NCBI GenBank assembly: GCA_021793055.1
Contig: JAJYTL010000001.1
Location: 1 to 50,138, forward strand
DNA length: 50,138 nt
Direction: 5' to 3'
Origin: Pseudomonadota bacterium
GTDB lineage: Bacteria; Pseudomonadota; Alphaproteobacteria; Ferrovibrionales; Ferrovibrionaceae
Positions 19,353-30,546 of the stretch are shown here, one piece after another. Below the pieces are notes generated by a model. That model searched no databases. It was not told the DNA's origin and saw only the letters and a list, made by a program, of their open reading frames with translations. Both the position numbers and the translations under genes were made by a program. Position 1 is the first letter of the stretch; every line of letters begins with the position of its first letter.

Positions 19353-20264
19353 ATGAGTGAACTTGCGTTGTTCGTCGGGCAGCTGTTCAACGGCGCCAGC
19401 GTCGCTTCGATCTTCCTCCTCGCCGCGCTCGGTCTCGCCTTGAGCTTCGGCCTCATGCGGGTCATCAACATGGCCCATGGCGAGATGCTGATGATGGGCG
19501 GCTATGTCGCCTATCTCACCCTTAAATTCACGCCGCCCGCCTATGGCATCCTGATTGCGATTCCGATCGCCTTCGTGGTTTCGGGAATTGCCGGCGCGAT
19601 CCTCGAAGTGCTGCTCGTGCACCGTCTCGCCTCGCGTCCCTTGGACACGCTGCTTGCCACCTGGGGGGTCAGCCTCTGCCTGCAACAGGGCGCGCGCAGC
19701 ATCTTCGGGCCGATCGGCGACGAGGTGACGGCACCGAAATGGCTGGGCGGTGCCTTTCAGGTCACCCATGGCGCTCTCAACGGCCTCAGCCTGCCCTACG
19801 CGCGCATGTTCATCATCGGCTTCACCGTAGTCGTGGTCGCGGCCTTGGGCCTGCTTCTGGTGCGCACCCGCATCGGCCTCTACGTCCGCGCGGTGACACA
19901 GGACCGCGACACCGCCGAGGCTATGGGCATCAATATCCGCAAGATCGATCTCTTGATCTTTTCGCTCGGGACCGGGCTTGCCGGCGTCGCCGGCGTGGTG
20001 CTCGCGATGCTGGAGCCGGTCACGCCCTCGGTCGGGCAGGCGTATATCGTGCCGGCCTTCCTGGTGGTGATCCTCGGCGGACTGGGCAGCCTGATCGGAA
20101 CCACCATCGCCTCGGTCATGGTCGGCCTGATCTCGGCGCTGACGCAGATCGTTTGGACGGTGAGCCTATCGAAAGTGTTCCTGCTGTTATTCGTCGTCGC
20201 TTTCATCCAGTTACGGCCGCGAGGCGTCATCTCCGTCCGGTCGCGGGCGCTCGAGGAGACGTGA
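19353..20264 (+). CDS. urtB: Urea ABC transporter permease
   Basis: The product is a LivH-like permease (MSELALFVGQLFNGASVASIFLLAALGLALSFGLMRVINMAHGE). ATG 19353 follows GGAGAAGAGAGA. Confidence 0.9.
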   Translation: MSELALFVGQLFNGASVASIFLLAALGLALSFGLMRVINMAHGEMLMMGGYVAYLTLKFTPPAYGILIAIPIAFVVSGIAGAILEVLLVHRLASRPLDTLLATWGVSLCLQQGARSIFGPIGDEVTAPKWLGGAFQVTHGALNGLSLPYARMFIIGFTVVVVAALGLLLVRTRIGLYVRAVTQDRDTAEAMGINIRKIDLLIFSLGTGLAGVAGVVLAMLEPVTPSVGQAYIVPAFLVVILGGLGSLIGTTIASVMVGLISALTQIVWTVSLSKVFLLLFVVAFIQLRPRGVISVRSRALEET

Positions 20265-20265
20265 G

Positions 20266-21372
20266 ATGCAGTTGCGTGCGGAAAGAACGTTCTACCTCAT
20301 CGGCTTCGTTCTTCTGGCGGTGGCCCCCTGGCTGGTCTCGCCCTATAACCTCTCCCTGCTCGGGCGCTTTCTCGCCTATGCCATCGTGGCGCTCGGCTTG
20401 GTGTTGGTGTGGGGCGAGGCCGGCATCTTGAGCCTCGGCCAAGGGCTCTTTTTCGGGCTCGGCGGCTACGTCCTCGCCATGTACCTGAAGCTCGTCAACC
20501 TGGCGCCAGGCGATCTTCCCGACTTCATGCAGTGGAGCGGCATCTCGCACCTGCCGGCATGGTGGGCGATCTTCCGCAATCCGGTGATCGCGACCTTGGG
20601 CGTCGCGGCCGTGCCGGCGGCGGTAGCCGCCGCCTTCGCCTGGCTGGTCTTCCACCGCCGCGTCGGCACGGTCTATTTCGCCCTGATCACCCAGGCGATG
20701 GTACTCGCCTTCGTGACGCTGCTCAGCAGCGAGCAAGGCTATACCGGCGGTTTCAACGGCCTCACCGACTTCCACACGCTCTATGGTCTCTCGCTCGATT
20801 CGCAGTCGGTGCAGAACGGCCTCTACTGGGCGACAGTCGCCGCCCTCGCCGCGAGTTTCATCGGCCTCAAGTGGCTGACCGGCTCGCATTTCGGCAAGCT
20901 CCTGCGGGCGCTCAGCGACAGCGAGAATCGAGTGCGTTTCCTCGGCTACGATTCGATGCCCTATAAGACCATCGCCTTCGTCATCGGTGCCGCGCTCGCC
21001 GGTATCGGCGGCGCCTTCTTCACCCTTCAGGCGGGCGTGATCTCGCCGGCCGGGATCGGCGTCGTGTCCTCGATCGAGATGGTGGTGTGGGTCGCGGTCG
21101 GCGGCCGGCGCAGCCTCGCCGGCGCTATCGTCGGCACGCTGGTCGTGAACTTCGCCCAGGAAATGGTGAGCAACGCCTTTCCCAATGTGTGGCCGTTCGC
21201 CATCGGCCTGATGTTCATCCTCGTGGTGACGCTGCTCCCGAGCGGCTTGGGGGGCCTGTTCCGGCCCGAGGCCCTCGCCGCGCTCCGCGCGCGTCTTCGC
21301 CGCCTGTCGGGCGCGGCCGGACTCATACCCATGGCCGACGATCCGGGCCGTGACATGCGAGGTGTGAAATGA
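20266..21372 (+). CDS. urtC: Urea ABC transporter permease
   Basis: The product is a LivM-like permease that starts 1 nt after the urtB stop. Confidence 0.9.
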   Translation: MQLRAERTFYLIGFVLLAVAPWLVSPYNLSLLGRFLAYAIVALGLVLVWGEAGILSLGQGLFFGLGGYVLAMYLKLVNLAPGDLPDFMQWSGISHLPAWWAIFRNPVIATLGVAAVPAAVAAAFAWLVFHRRVGTVYFALITQAMVLAFVTLLSSEQGYTGGFNGLTDFHTLYGLSLDSQSVQNGLYWATVAALAASFIGLKWLTGSHFGKLLRALSDSENRVRFLGYDSMPYKTIAFVIGAALAGIGGAFFTLQAGVISPAGIGVVSSIEMVVWVAVGGRRSLAGAIVGTLVVNFAQEMVSNAFPNVWPFAIGLMFILVVTLLPSGLGGLFRPEALAALRARLRRLSGAAGLIPMADDPGRDMRGVK

Positions 21373-22133
21373 AGACTGTAGAGACATTGCTGGCCGTCGA
21401 GGACGTCACCGTCGAGTTCGACGGATTCAAGGCGATCGACAGTCTTAACTTCTACGTCGACAAGGGCGGCGTGCGGGTGCTGATCGGGCCGAACGGCGCC
21501 GGCAAGTCGACGCTGTGCGACACCATCATCGGCCGCGTGCGCCCGCGCTCGGGCCGCATCCTCTTCCGCGGCGAGGACATCACGCGGTTGCCGGAATTCC
21601 GCATCGTGCGCAAGGGCATCTGCCGTAAGTTCCAGACTCCGGGCGTGTTGCAGAGCCTCAGCGTCCACGACAACTTGGCGCTGGCCGCGCGCAAGACCCG
21701 CGATTGGTGGCATGCCTTCGGCCGCGACCTGACCAAGGCCGAGCGCGAGCGCATGGAGGACGTGCTGGCCCTGATCGGCCTGGCGGACAAGCGCGATTAC
21801 CTGCCGTCGCAGATATCCCATGGCGAGAAGCAATGGCTCGAGATCGGCATGGTGGTGGCGACCGAGGCCGAGCTTTTGCTTCTCGACGAGCCGACCGCCG
21901 GCATGAGCCCGCAGGAAACCAGCGACACCGCGGATCTGATCCGGCGGTTGGTCGGGCGCCACACCGTTCTCGTCATCGACCACGACATGAGTTTCGTCGA
22001 GCAACTCGACGCGCCGGTGAGCGTCTTGCACATGGGCGCGCTCCTCAAGGAGGGAAGCATTGCCGAAGTCAGAAGCGATCCCGAAGTTGCCGCCGTCTAT
22101 CTCGGACGAATCGAAGATGCCGCCGCTGCTTAG
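21369..22133 (+). CDS. urtD: Urea ABC transporter ATP-binding protein
   Basis: Walker A is GPNGAGKST, the signature-region residues are SHGEKQWLEIG, and Walker B is LLLLDEP. There is a 4-nt overlap with urtC. Confidence 0.9.
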   Translation: MKTVETLLAVEDVTVEFDGFKAIDSLNFYVDKGGVRVLIGPNGAGKSTLCDTIIGRVRPRSGRILFRGEDITRLPEFRIVRKGICRKFQTPGVLQSLSVHDNLALAARKTRDWWHAFGRDLTKAERERMEDVLALIGLADKRDYLPSQISHGEKQWLEIGMVVATEAELLLLDEPTAGMSPQETSDTADLIRRLVGRHTVLVIDHDMSFVEQLDAPVSVLHMGALLKEGSIAEVRSDPEVAAVYLGRIEDAAAA

Positions 22134-22833
22134 TCTCGACGCCGTCAGCGCGGCCTATGGCCAGAGCCGGGTCCTGTGGGATATCGATCTCGCGACCGAG
22201 GCCGGCACCGCGGTTGCGCTGCTCGGCCGCAACGGGGTCGGTAAGACGACGCTGCTCCGCACCATCATCGGCCTGCACCGGGTGGCGACGGGCAAGATCT
22301 TCTTCGAGGGCAAGGACGTCACGCGCCTCAGTGCGCACGAGCGGGCGTGGCGCGGCATCGGCTTCGTGCCCCAGGGGCGCAACATCTTTCCCCACCTCAC
22401 GGTCGAGGAGAATCTGAAGATCGGCCTCGCGGCGCTCGCCGGCCGCGCCGGCAGCGGCGAAACCGACGTACCGGACTATGTCTTCGACCTTTTCCCAACG
22501 CTGGCCCGGCTGCGCAACCGCAAGGGCGGGGTGTTGAGCGGCGGCGAGCAGCAGCAGCTGGCCATCGGCCGCGCGCTGGCCGGGCGGCCGCGTCTTCTTC
22601 TCCTGGACGAGCCGACCGAGGGTATCCAGCCCTCGATCGTGAAGCAGATCGAAAAGGTGCTCGATCAGGTCCGCCGCGAGCTCAAGATCAGCATCCTGAT
22701 CGTCGAGCAGTATCTGGATTTCGCCTGGGCCTTCGCCGACCGCTATTACGTGATGCAACGGGGCCGCATCGTGCGCGATGGCTGGACCCAGGAACACGAT
22801 CCGGCAGCGGTGGCCGAGCTTCTCAACATCTAA
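22117..22833 (+). CDS. urtE: Urea ABC transporter ATP-binding protein
   Basis: Walker A is GRNGVGKTT, the signature is LSGGEQQQL and Walker B is LLLLDEP. Start ATG 22117 (MPPLLSLDAV) overlaps the urtD end. Confidence 0.9.
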   Translation: MPPLLSLDAVSAAYGQSRVLWDIDLATEAGTAVALLGRNGVGKTTLLRTIIGLHRVATGKIFFEGKDVTRLSAHERAWRGIGFVPQGRNIFPHLTVEENLKIGLAALAGRAGSGETDVPDYVFDLFPTLARLRNRKGGVLSGGEQQQLAIGRALAGRPRLLLLDEPTEGIQPSIVKQIEKVLDQVRRELKISILIVEQYLDFAWAFADRYYVMQRGRIVRDGWTQEHDPAAVAELLNI

Positions 22834-22961
22834 CCATGGCGATGCTCGATCGGCGTGCGATTTCCGGGGCGGAGCGGCTCACGCCGCTCCGGTTTCTGTG
22901 CCCAGCCGAGACCGTGGCTGAGATAGGGTTTGACTCGCGCGCCGGCACTGGCCCTGATGAA

Positions 22962-23861
22962 ATGGATATGAAGATCGACGTCGCACGGCATCCTCACGCG
23001 ATCCTCGAGGCGGGCCTTGAGCGCGGCCACGGCCGGGCGGAGATTCGCGTCGCGAAAAACGGCGCGGGCGAAACCGCGATCGGCGGGCTTTATCAGCGCT
23101 CGCCCTGCCGCGTGCTGTTTCCGCGCCCGGAGGCGGGCGATCCCTTCACCGCCGTCGTCGCCACCACCTCGGGCGGACTTGCCGGCGGCGACAGCCTCGA
23201 GATCTCCGCCGCCGCCGGCGCCGGTTGCCGCGCCGTGGTGACGACCCAGGCGGCGGAGAAGGTCTATCGCGCGCTGGCGGCGGATTGCACCGTCAAGGCG
23301 GTTTTTTCGGCCGCCCCGGGCGCCTGGCTCGAATGGCTGCCGCAGGAATCCATCCTGTTCGACGGCGCGCGGCTTCGCCGCCGCACCGAGGTCGACACCG
23401 TTGCCGATGGCCGGCTGCTCGCTTGCGATATGGTGGTTTTCGGCCGCCGTGCTCGTGGCGAGCGCTTTACGCGCGGCCTATTGCACGATGCCTGGCGCGT
23501 CCATCGCGACGGCGCGCTTCTTTGGGCCGACGATCTCCATCTCGACGGCGATATCCGGGCCAGGATCGATCACCCGGCCGGCTTTGCCGGCGCCGACGCC
23601 TATGCCACAATCGTCTATGTCGGCGCCGATGGCGCGGACCGGCTGGCGTCCGTCCGCGCCGAGATCGATGCGGCCGGTGTCGACGCCGGCAGGCCGGGCG
23701 CGTTGCGCGTCGCGGCCAGCCTGGTGAACGGCGTGTTGGTGATCCGACTCCTGGCAGCCGAGGCGCGGATGCTTCGCGCCGAAGTCATGCGTCTTTGCAT
23801 TTTTCTCCGTACGGAGGCGGCCGGGCTGCCGGCTCGCATGCCGCGGGTTTGGACCATCTAG
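22962..23861 (+). CDS. ureD: Urease accessory protein UreD
   Basis: The TTSGGLAGGDSLEI motif lies about 68 aa from ATG 22962, matching the spacing I recall for UreD homologues. ATG 22836 is an alternative start. The track ORF from 22347 runs through urtE in another frame and is not credible upstream of 22834. Confidence 0.8.
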   Translation: MDMKIDVARHPHAILEAGLERGHGRAEIRVAKNGAGETAIGGLYQRSPCRVLFPRPEAGDPFTAVVATTSGGLAGGDSLEISAAAGAGCRAVVTTQAAEKVYRALAADCTVKAVFSAAPGAWLEWLPQESILFDGARLRRRTEVDTVADGRLLACDMVVFGRRARGERFTRGLLHDAWRVHRDGALLWADDLHLDGDIRARIDHPAGFAGADAYATIVYVGADGADRLASVRAEIDAAGVDAGRPGALRVAASLVNGVLVIRLLAAEARMLRAEVMRLCIFLRTEAAGLPARMPRVWTI

Positions 23862-23930
23862 GGCCTAGGATAGCGGCTCGCCCGCCGCCCCTTTTTGACG
23901 AAGGCCACTCTTTGACGAAGGAATGCGATC

Positions 23931-24233
23931 TTGCAACTGACCCCAAGAGAAAAGGACAAGCTTCTGATTGCCATGGCAGCGGTCGTCGCGCGGCGGCGGC
24001 TTGATCGCGGCGTCAAGCTGAACTACCCGGAAGCGATCGCGCTGATCACCGATTTCGTCGTCGAGGGCGCCCGCGACGGGCGCAGCGTTGCCGAGCTGAT
24101 GCGCGACGGCGCCACCGTCCTCGGCCGCGCCCAGGTCATGGAGGGGGTGCCGGAGATGATCGAGGAGATCCAGGTCGAGGCGACCTTCCCCGACGGCACC
24201 AAGCTCGTCACCGTGCACCATCCGATTCGCTGA
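23931..24233 (+). CDS. ureA: Urease subunit gamma
   Basis: [39 protein letters not shown]... is a canonical UreA sequence. The start is TTG, with AAGGA 8 nt upstream. Confidence 0.95.
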   Translation: MQLTPREKDKLLIAMAAVVARRRLDRGVKLNYPEAIALITDFVVEGARDGRSVAELMRDGATVLGRAQVMEGVPEMIEEIQVEATFPDGTKLVTVHHPIR

Positions 24234-24244
24234 GGGAGGCGCGC

Positions 24245-24550
24245 ATGATTCCGGGCGAGATTATCGCTAAGGCTGGCGACATCCTTCTCAACGAGGGGCG
24301 CGAGACCGTCACCCTCGACGTCGCCAATACCGGCGACCGGCCGATCCAGGTCGGCAGCCACTATCACTTTTACGAAACCAACGGCGCGCTCGACTTTCCG
24401 CGCGACAAGGCGCGTGGCATGCGGCTCGACATTCCGGCCGGTACGGCGGTGCGCTTCGAGCCGGGCCAGACGCGAAGCGTGACGCTCGTGCCCTACGACG
24501 GCAGGCGGCGAGTCTACGGCTTCAACGGCAAAGTGAACGGCGAGCTCTAG
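24245..24550 (+). CDS. ureB: Urease subunit beta
   Basis: MIPGEI....[30 protein letters not shown] is a canonical UreB sequence. Confidence 0.95.
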   Translation: MIPGEIIAKAGDILLNEGRETVTLDVANTGDRPIQVGSHYHFYETNGALDFPRDKARGMRLDIPAGTAVRFEPGQTRSVTLVPYDGRRRVYGFNGKVNGEL

Positions 24551-24560
24551 GAGAACTGGA

Positions 24561-26269
<1,709 letters not shown>

Positions 26270-26270
<1 letters not shown>

Positions 26271-26926
26271 TGGTGGTGGTGCGCGAAATCCGGGCGGCTG
26301 GCCATTGGCCGACCGCCAAGGAGGTGGACCGGATCACCTTGCCCTATGACCAGCGCCATCGTCGGCGTCTGCGCCTGGTCGCCGATGCTGGCACCGAGCT
26401 TCTGCTCGATCTTCCGGCGGCGCGGCTGCTCCGCGAGGGCGACGGGCTGAAGCTTCGCGGCGGCGCCTATGTTCACGTCCATGCCGCGCCCGAGGATTTG
26501 ATCAAGGTGACGGCGGCGGATACGGCCGCCTTGATTCGTCTCGCCTGGCATTTGGGTAATCGGCACTTGCCAGCCGATCTCGATTTCGACAGCGACGCGC
26601 TCGGCCGCATCCTGATCCGTCGCGATCACGTGATCGAGGACATGTTGCTTCGGCTTGGCGCGAGCCTGCGGCCGGTGCGGGTGCCGTTCAATCCGGAAAG
26701 CGGTGCTTACGAGGGTGCGGTCCCGCACGATCATGGCCATCATGACTACGATGATCACGGCGACGAGAATCACCGTCACGACCACAGCCACAGCCACAGC
26801 CACGGCCATCGCCCGCCCGCGCCGGATTCGATCTCGGCGGCGGATGTCGTGCCGGTGCCGGCCCATGCCCCGGCGCATCAAGCCGGCCACCGCCAGCCGC
26901 CGCGCCCGCGCGGCTCGGACGCCTGA
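26270..26926 (+). CDS. ureE: Urease accessory (nickel chaperone) protein UreE with a His-rich tail
   Basis: The LAWHLGNRHLP core is followed by the tail HDHGHHDYDDHGDENHRHDHSHSHSHGH. There is a 1-nt overlap (TGATG) with ureC. Confidence 0.9.
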
Positions 26927-26936
26927 GAACCGCACG

Positions 26937-27611
26937 ATGGATAGTGCCGCGCTCTATCGTCTGATGACTTGGCTGTCCCCAGCCTATCCGACCGGCGCCT
27001 TCACCTATAGCCATGGGCTCGAAGCCGCGATCGAGGCGGGCTTGGTCAAGGACCGCGCGACGCTGATCGATTGGCTCGGCTACGTGGTCGCTTACGGCAG
27101 CGGCCGCGCCGAGGCGATGCTGTTCCGCTGTGCTTACGAGCGGGCGGGCGACGCGGCCGCGTTGGATCAGGTCGCCGATCTCGCGGCGGCGCTCCGCGGC
27201 AGCGCCGAGTTGGCGCTCGAAAGCGAGCAGCAGGGCGAGGCCTTTCTCGCCACCACCCGCCGCGCCTGGCCGGCGGCGCATCTCGATGCCTTCGCGCGCC
27301 GCCGTCATGGCCGGCCGGTGACGCTGTCGGTCGCGGTCGCCCTTGCGGTCGCCGAGACGGTGCCGATCGAGACCGCGCTCCTGGCCTATCTTCAGGCGCT
27401 GGTTTCGAACCTGGTCATGGCGGGGGTGCGGCTGATTCCGCTCGGTCAGAGCGATGGGCAGCAGGCTATCGCCGCCCTGGCGCCGGCGGTGATGGACGCT
27501 GTCGGGGCGGCGCTGGATTGTCCGCTGGAAAATATCGGATCGGCATCGCCCATGGTGGACTGGTGCTCGATGCGACACGAAACCCAATATACGAGGCTTT
27601 TTCGCTCATGA
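26937..27611 (+). CDS. ureF: Urease accessory protein UreF
   Basis: The N-terminus is [32 protein letters not shown] 26937 is in frame within track ORF 26655..27611, whose upstream part is an alternative frame of the ureE tail. Confidence 0.9.
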   Translation: MDSAALYRLMTWLSPAYPTGAFTYSHGLEAAIEAGLVKDRATLIDWLGYVVAYGSGRAEAMLFRCAYERAGDAAALDQVADLAAALRGSAELALESEQQGEAFLATTRRAWPAAHLDAFARRRHGRPVTLSVAVALAVAETVPIETALLAYLQALVSNLVMAGVRLIPLGQSDGQQAIAALAPAVMDAVGAALDCPLENIGSASPMVDWCSMRHETQYTRLFRS

Positions 27612-28243
27612 TGAACTCCCCCAATGGCCCGCTTCGGGTCGGTATCGGCGGCCCCGTCGGCTCGGGCAAGACGGCGCTTGTCGATCGGCTGTGCAAGCAC
27701 ATGGCCGCTCACCATCGCCTCGCGGTGGTCACCAACGATATCTACACCAAGGAAGACGCCGAGTTTCTGACCCGCTCGGGCGCGCTGGCCCCGGAACGCA
27801 TCCTCGGGGTCGAGACCGGCGGTTGTCCGCACACCGCGATCCGCGAGGATGCCTCGATCAATCTCGCAGCCGTGGCGCAGTTGAATCGGCGCTTTCCTGA
27901 TCTCGAACTGGTTTTCATCGAATCCGGCGGCGACAATCTCGCCGCCACCTTCAGCCCCGAGCTTGCCGATATCACGATCTACGTCATCGACGTTTCCGCC
28001 GGCGACAAGATTCCGCGCAAGGGCGGGCCCGGCATCACCCGCTCCGATCTTCTGGTCATCAACAAGATCGATCTCGCGCCCCTCGTCGGCGCCAGCCTCG
28101 AGGTGATGGACCGCGATGCGCGCAAGATGCGGGGCACGCGGCCGTTCCTCTTCGCTAATCTCAAGGTCGGCAAGGGCGTCGCCGAGATCGCCCATTTCAT
28201 CGCCGAGGCCGGCGGGCTCGCGCCCGATACGGACGCGGCCTGA
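27608..28243 (+). CDS. ureG: Urease accessory GTPase UreG
   Basis: Motifs are [12 protein letters not shown] (P-loop), [20 protein letters not shown] and NKIDL. There is an ATGA overlap with ureF. Confidence 0.95.
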   Translation: MMNSPNGPLRVGIGGPVGSGKTALVDRLCKHMAAHHRLAVVTNDIYTKEDAEFLTRSGALAPERILGVETGGCPHTAIREDASINLAAVAQLNRRFPDLELVFIESGGDNLAATFSPELADITIYVIDVSAGDKIPRKGGPGITRSDLLVINKIDLAPLVGASLEVMDRDARKMRGTRPFLFANLKVGKGVAEIAHFIAEAGGLAPDTDAA

Positions 28244-28271
28244 CGCTGTTCCGGCGCCAACGGCCGCCGCG

Positions 28272-29441
28272 ATGACGGACCGCTACGGCGCCTTCTGTCC
28301 GGGGCCGTTAGCGCCGCGCGCCGGCGCGGCGGCAGGGCCGCTTTCCGGTCTTCGCTTCGCGGTCAAGGACCTGATCGATGTCGCCGGCCATGTCACCGGC
28401 GGCGGCAGCCCCGATTGGGCGAACGGCCGTCCGCCGGCCGCGGCCGACGCGCCGGCGGTGACGCGCCTGCTCGCCGCCGGGGCGAGCCTGGTCGGCAAGA
28501 CGATAACCGACGAGCTCGCCTTCAGTCTCGATGGCCGCAACGCCCATTACGGCACCCCGGTCAATGCCACGGCGCCGACACGCCTGCCGGGCGGCTCCTC
28601 CAGCGGCTCGGCCGCCGCTGTCGCCGGCGGGCTGGTCGATTTCGCGCTCGGCACCGATACCGGCGGTTCGGTGCGCGTGCCGGCAAGCTTTTGCGGCTTG
28701 TTCGGCTTTCGACCGAGTCACGGCGCGGTATCGACCGCGGGCGTGATCCCTTTCGCGCCGAGCTTCGACACGATTGGCTGGTTCGCGCGCCACGCGGCGC
28801 TGCTCGCCCGCATTGGCGACGTATTGTTGCCGGAAAGGTCCGGTGCCGCCTTGCCGGCGCGGGCGCTGTTCTGCCGCGACGCGTTGCGCCTCACCGATCC
28901 GGACGTGGCGACGCGGGTCGCGGCGGCTGGCCGCGCCGCGCCGCGCCTCGGTCTTGCCGCGGCGGATGAGATCGATCTCACCGACGATCGGCTCGCCGCC
29001 TGGACCGACGCCTATCGAATCCTTCAGGGCGACGAGATCCGGTGCGGTCTCGGACAGTGGATCCGCGCGACGCGGCCCCGTTTCGGGCCGAATATCGCGC
29101 CCCGTTTCGCCTCCATATGGGAGATATCGGAGGCCGACGTCGCCCGGGCCGTGCGTTGCCGGCAGGCAGCGCGGGCGCAGCTCGATGCGGTTCTCGAACG
29201 CGCGATCCTGGTCTTGCCGACGGCGCCGGTGGTGTCGCCGCCGCGCGATATCGACGAGGCCGATCTTGGCCGGCTTTACCCGCGGCTCCTGGCCTTGACC
29301 GCTGCGGCCGGCCTTGCCGGCTTGCCCCAGGTGACGCTGCCGCTCGCGCCGCGCGAGGCGGGCCCGATCGGCCTGTCGCTGATCGGGCCGCGCGGCAGCG
29401 ACCGCGCGCTGCTTGCGCTGGCCGCCGCTACTTCTTCTTGA
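28272..29441 (+). CDS. Amidase-signature (AS) family amidase, short form (389 aa)
   Basis: The catalytic Lys is in FAVKDLIDV, followed by GGSSSGSAAAVA and GTDTGGSVRVPASFCG (Ser-cisSer-Lys signature). It starts 28 nt after ureG on the same strand. Confidence 0.85.
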   Translation: MTDRYGAFCPGPLAPRAGAAAGPLSGLRFAVKDLIDVAGHVTGGGSPDWANGRPPAAADAPAVTRLLAAGASLVGKTITDELAFSLDGRNAHYGTPVNATAPTRLPGGSSSGSAAAVAGGLVDFALGTDTGGSVRVPASFCGLFGFRPSHGAVSTAGVIPFAPSFDTIGWFARHAALLARIGDVLLPERSGAALPARALFCRDALRLTDPDVATRVAAAGRAAPRLGLAAADEIDLTDDRLAAWTDAYRILQGDEIRCGLGQWIRATRPRFGPNIAPRFASIWEISEADVARAVRCRQAARAQLDAVLERAILVLPTAPVVSPPRDIDEADLGRLYPRLLALTAAAGLAGLPQVTLPLAPREAGPIGLSLIGPRGSDRALLALAAATSS

Positions 29442-30294
29442 GCGGCCGCTTGCTCTTGGCCGGCCCACCGTCCAGCGCCGAGATGAGCTTGCCCGACGAG
29501 GTGACGAAGCCGTAGCACTTCTTCACGTTCCAGATCGTCGCCTCGGTGCAGAAGTCGGGCGAGGTGGTGGCGCAGCAATCCTCCACCAGGACGCAGCCAT
29601 AGCCGAGGAAGTTCGCGTCGGTCAGCGAGCAGAACACGCATTGATCGGTGTTGACGCCGGCGAACAGCAGCGTGCGTGCGCCGAGATTGCGCAGGATGCT
29701 GTCGAGCGGCGTGTCCCAGAAGCCGCTGATGCGGTATTTGTCGACCCTGATATCGGTCGGATCCTGCGGCAGCTCGTCGACCACGGCGGCGGCCCAGCTG
29801 TCCTTCTGCAGAACATGGGCACCATGGCCCGGCAGCGGCTCGCAAAGCCCGATACCGCGCCCGCTCGGCTTGTAGAGATGGTGTTGGTTCGGCGCCATGT
29901 TCATCAGGTCGGGCCGGTTGCCCCAATTGACCCAGATGACGGGAACGCCGGCGGCGCGAAGTTTGGGCAGCAGCTTGGCGAGCGGCTTGATCGGCGCCCG
30001 GTCCGGCGTGTAATCGACGCCGAGATGGTCGACCCAGCCGCCCTTGGCGCAGAAGTCGTTCTGCATATCGATGACGATCATCGCGGTGCGCGCGAGATCG
30101 AGGGTGACGTTCTGCGGCGCGGCGCGGACGGCGAGTGGCGTCGGTCCCGGCTCGGCCACCGCCATGTCGACGTGTTTCGCCGTCACCGCCCAGTGGTAGG
30201 TCTTGCCCGAGCCGAGCGGCAAGGGCGCCGTGGCCGCCGCTCTCCCGATCGTTCGCTTCTCCGCTCCCGGTTTCGCTTTCAACGCCTTGGCCAT
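29428..30294 (-). CDS. RutB-like cysteine hydrolase (isochorismatase superfamily) with an N-terminal extension
   Basis: MIVIDMQNDFCAKGGW, SWAAAVVDELPQDPTDIRVDKYRISGFWDTPLDSILRNLG and GVNTDQCVFCSLTDA align motif for motif with E. coli RutB as I recall it (VVDMQNAY, GSWDYQLVDEL, RYSGFFNTPLDSILRSRG, ATNVCVESTLRD). AGGAG lies upstream of ATG 30294. Confidence 0.8.
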   Translation of the reverse strand: MAKALKAKPGAEKRTIGRAAATAPLPLGSGKTYHWAVTAKHVDMAVAEPGPTPLAVRAAPQNVTLDLARTAMIVIDMQNDFCAKGGWVDHLGVDYTPDRAPIKPLAKLLPKLRAAGVPVIWVNWGNRPDLMNMAPNQHHLYKPSGRGIGLCEPLPGHGAHVLQKDSWAAAVVDELPQDPTDIRVDKYRISGFWDTPLDSILRNLGARTLLFAGVNTDQCVFCSLTDANFLGYGCVLVEDCCATTSPDFCTEATIWNVKKCYGFVTSSGKLISALDGGPAKSKRPLKKK

Positions 30295-30371
30295 GATGCG
30301 CTCTTCTCCTGTCTCTCGGGCGCTGAAGTGTCACCGCGAGGCTGACGTGCGGGATTAACGCGCAAGGCAGA

Positions 30372-30387
30372 CGCAAGAAATCTGCCA
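30372..30387 (-). promoter_or_regulatory. Sigma-54 promoter for the RutB-like gene
   Basis: The minus strand reads TGGCAGatttcTTGCG with exact GG-N10-GC spacing, about 78 nt upstream of ATG 30294. Confidence 0.65.
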
Positions 30388-30546
30388 GATTCCCGGCGCA
30401 CGATTTCAAGGCATAAGGCGCCGAGTTGTCGCCGACATTTCATCCTTCCGCGCCGCTGGCGACTTATTGGGCGATTTTCTGCCGAAAAAAATAGCGGGCG
30501 GCATTCGGGCATCGGGAATCGGTCCGCTCGCGCGCGGCATCGGCGA

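Noticed and set aside
22347-22961. N-terminal 205-aa extension of ureD in the track ORF (504 aa)
   Set aside because: The extension is an alternative frame of urtE, with Arg/Pro-rich nonsense. UreD-like sequence begins only after 22962. ATG 22836 remains a possible alternative start.
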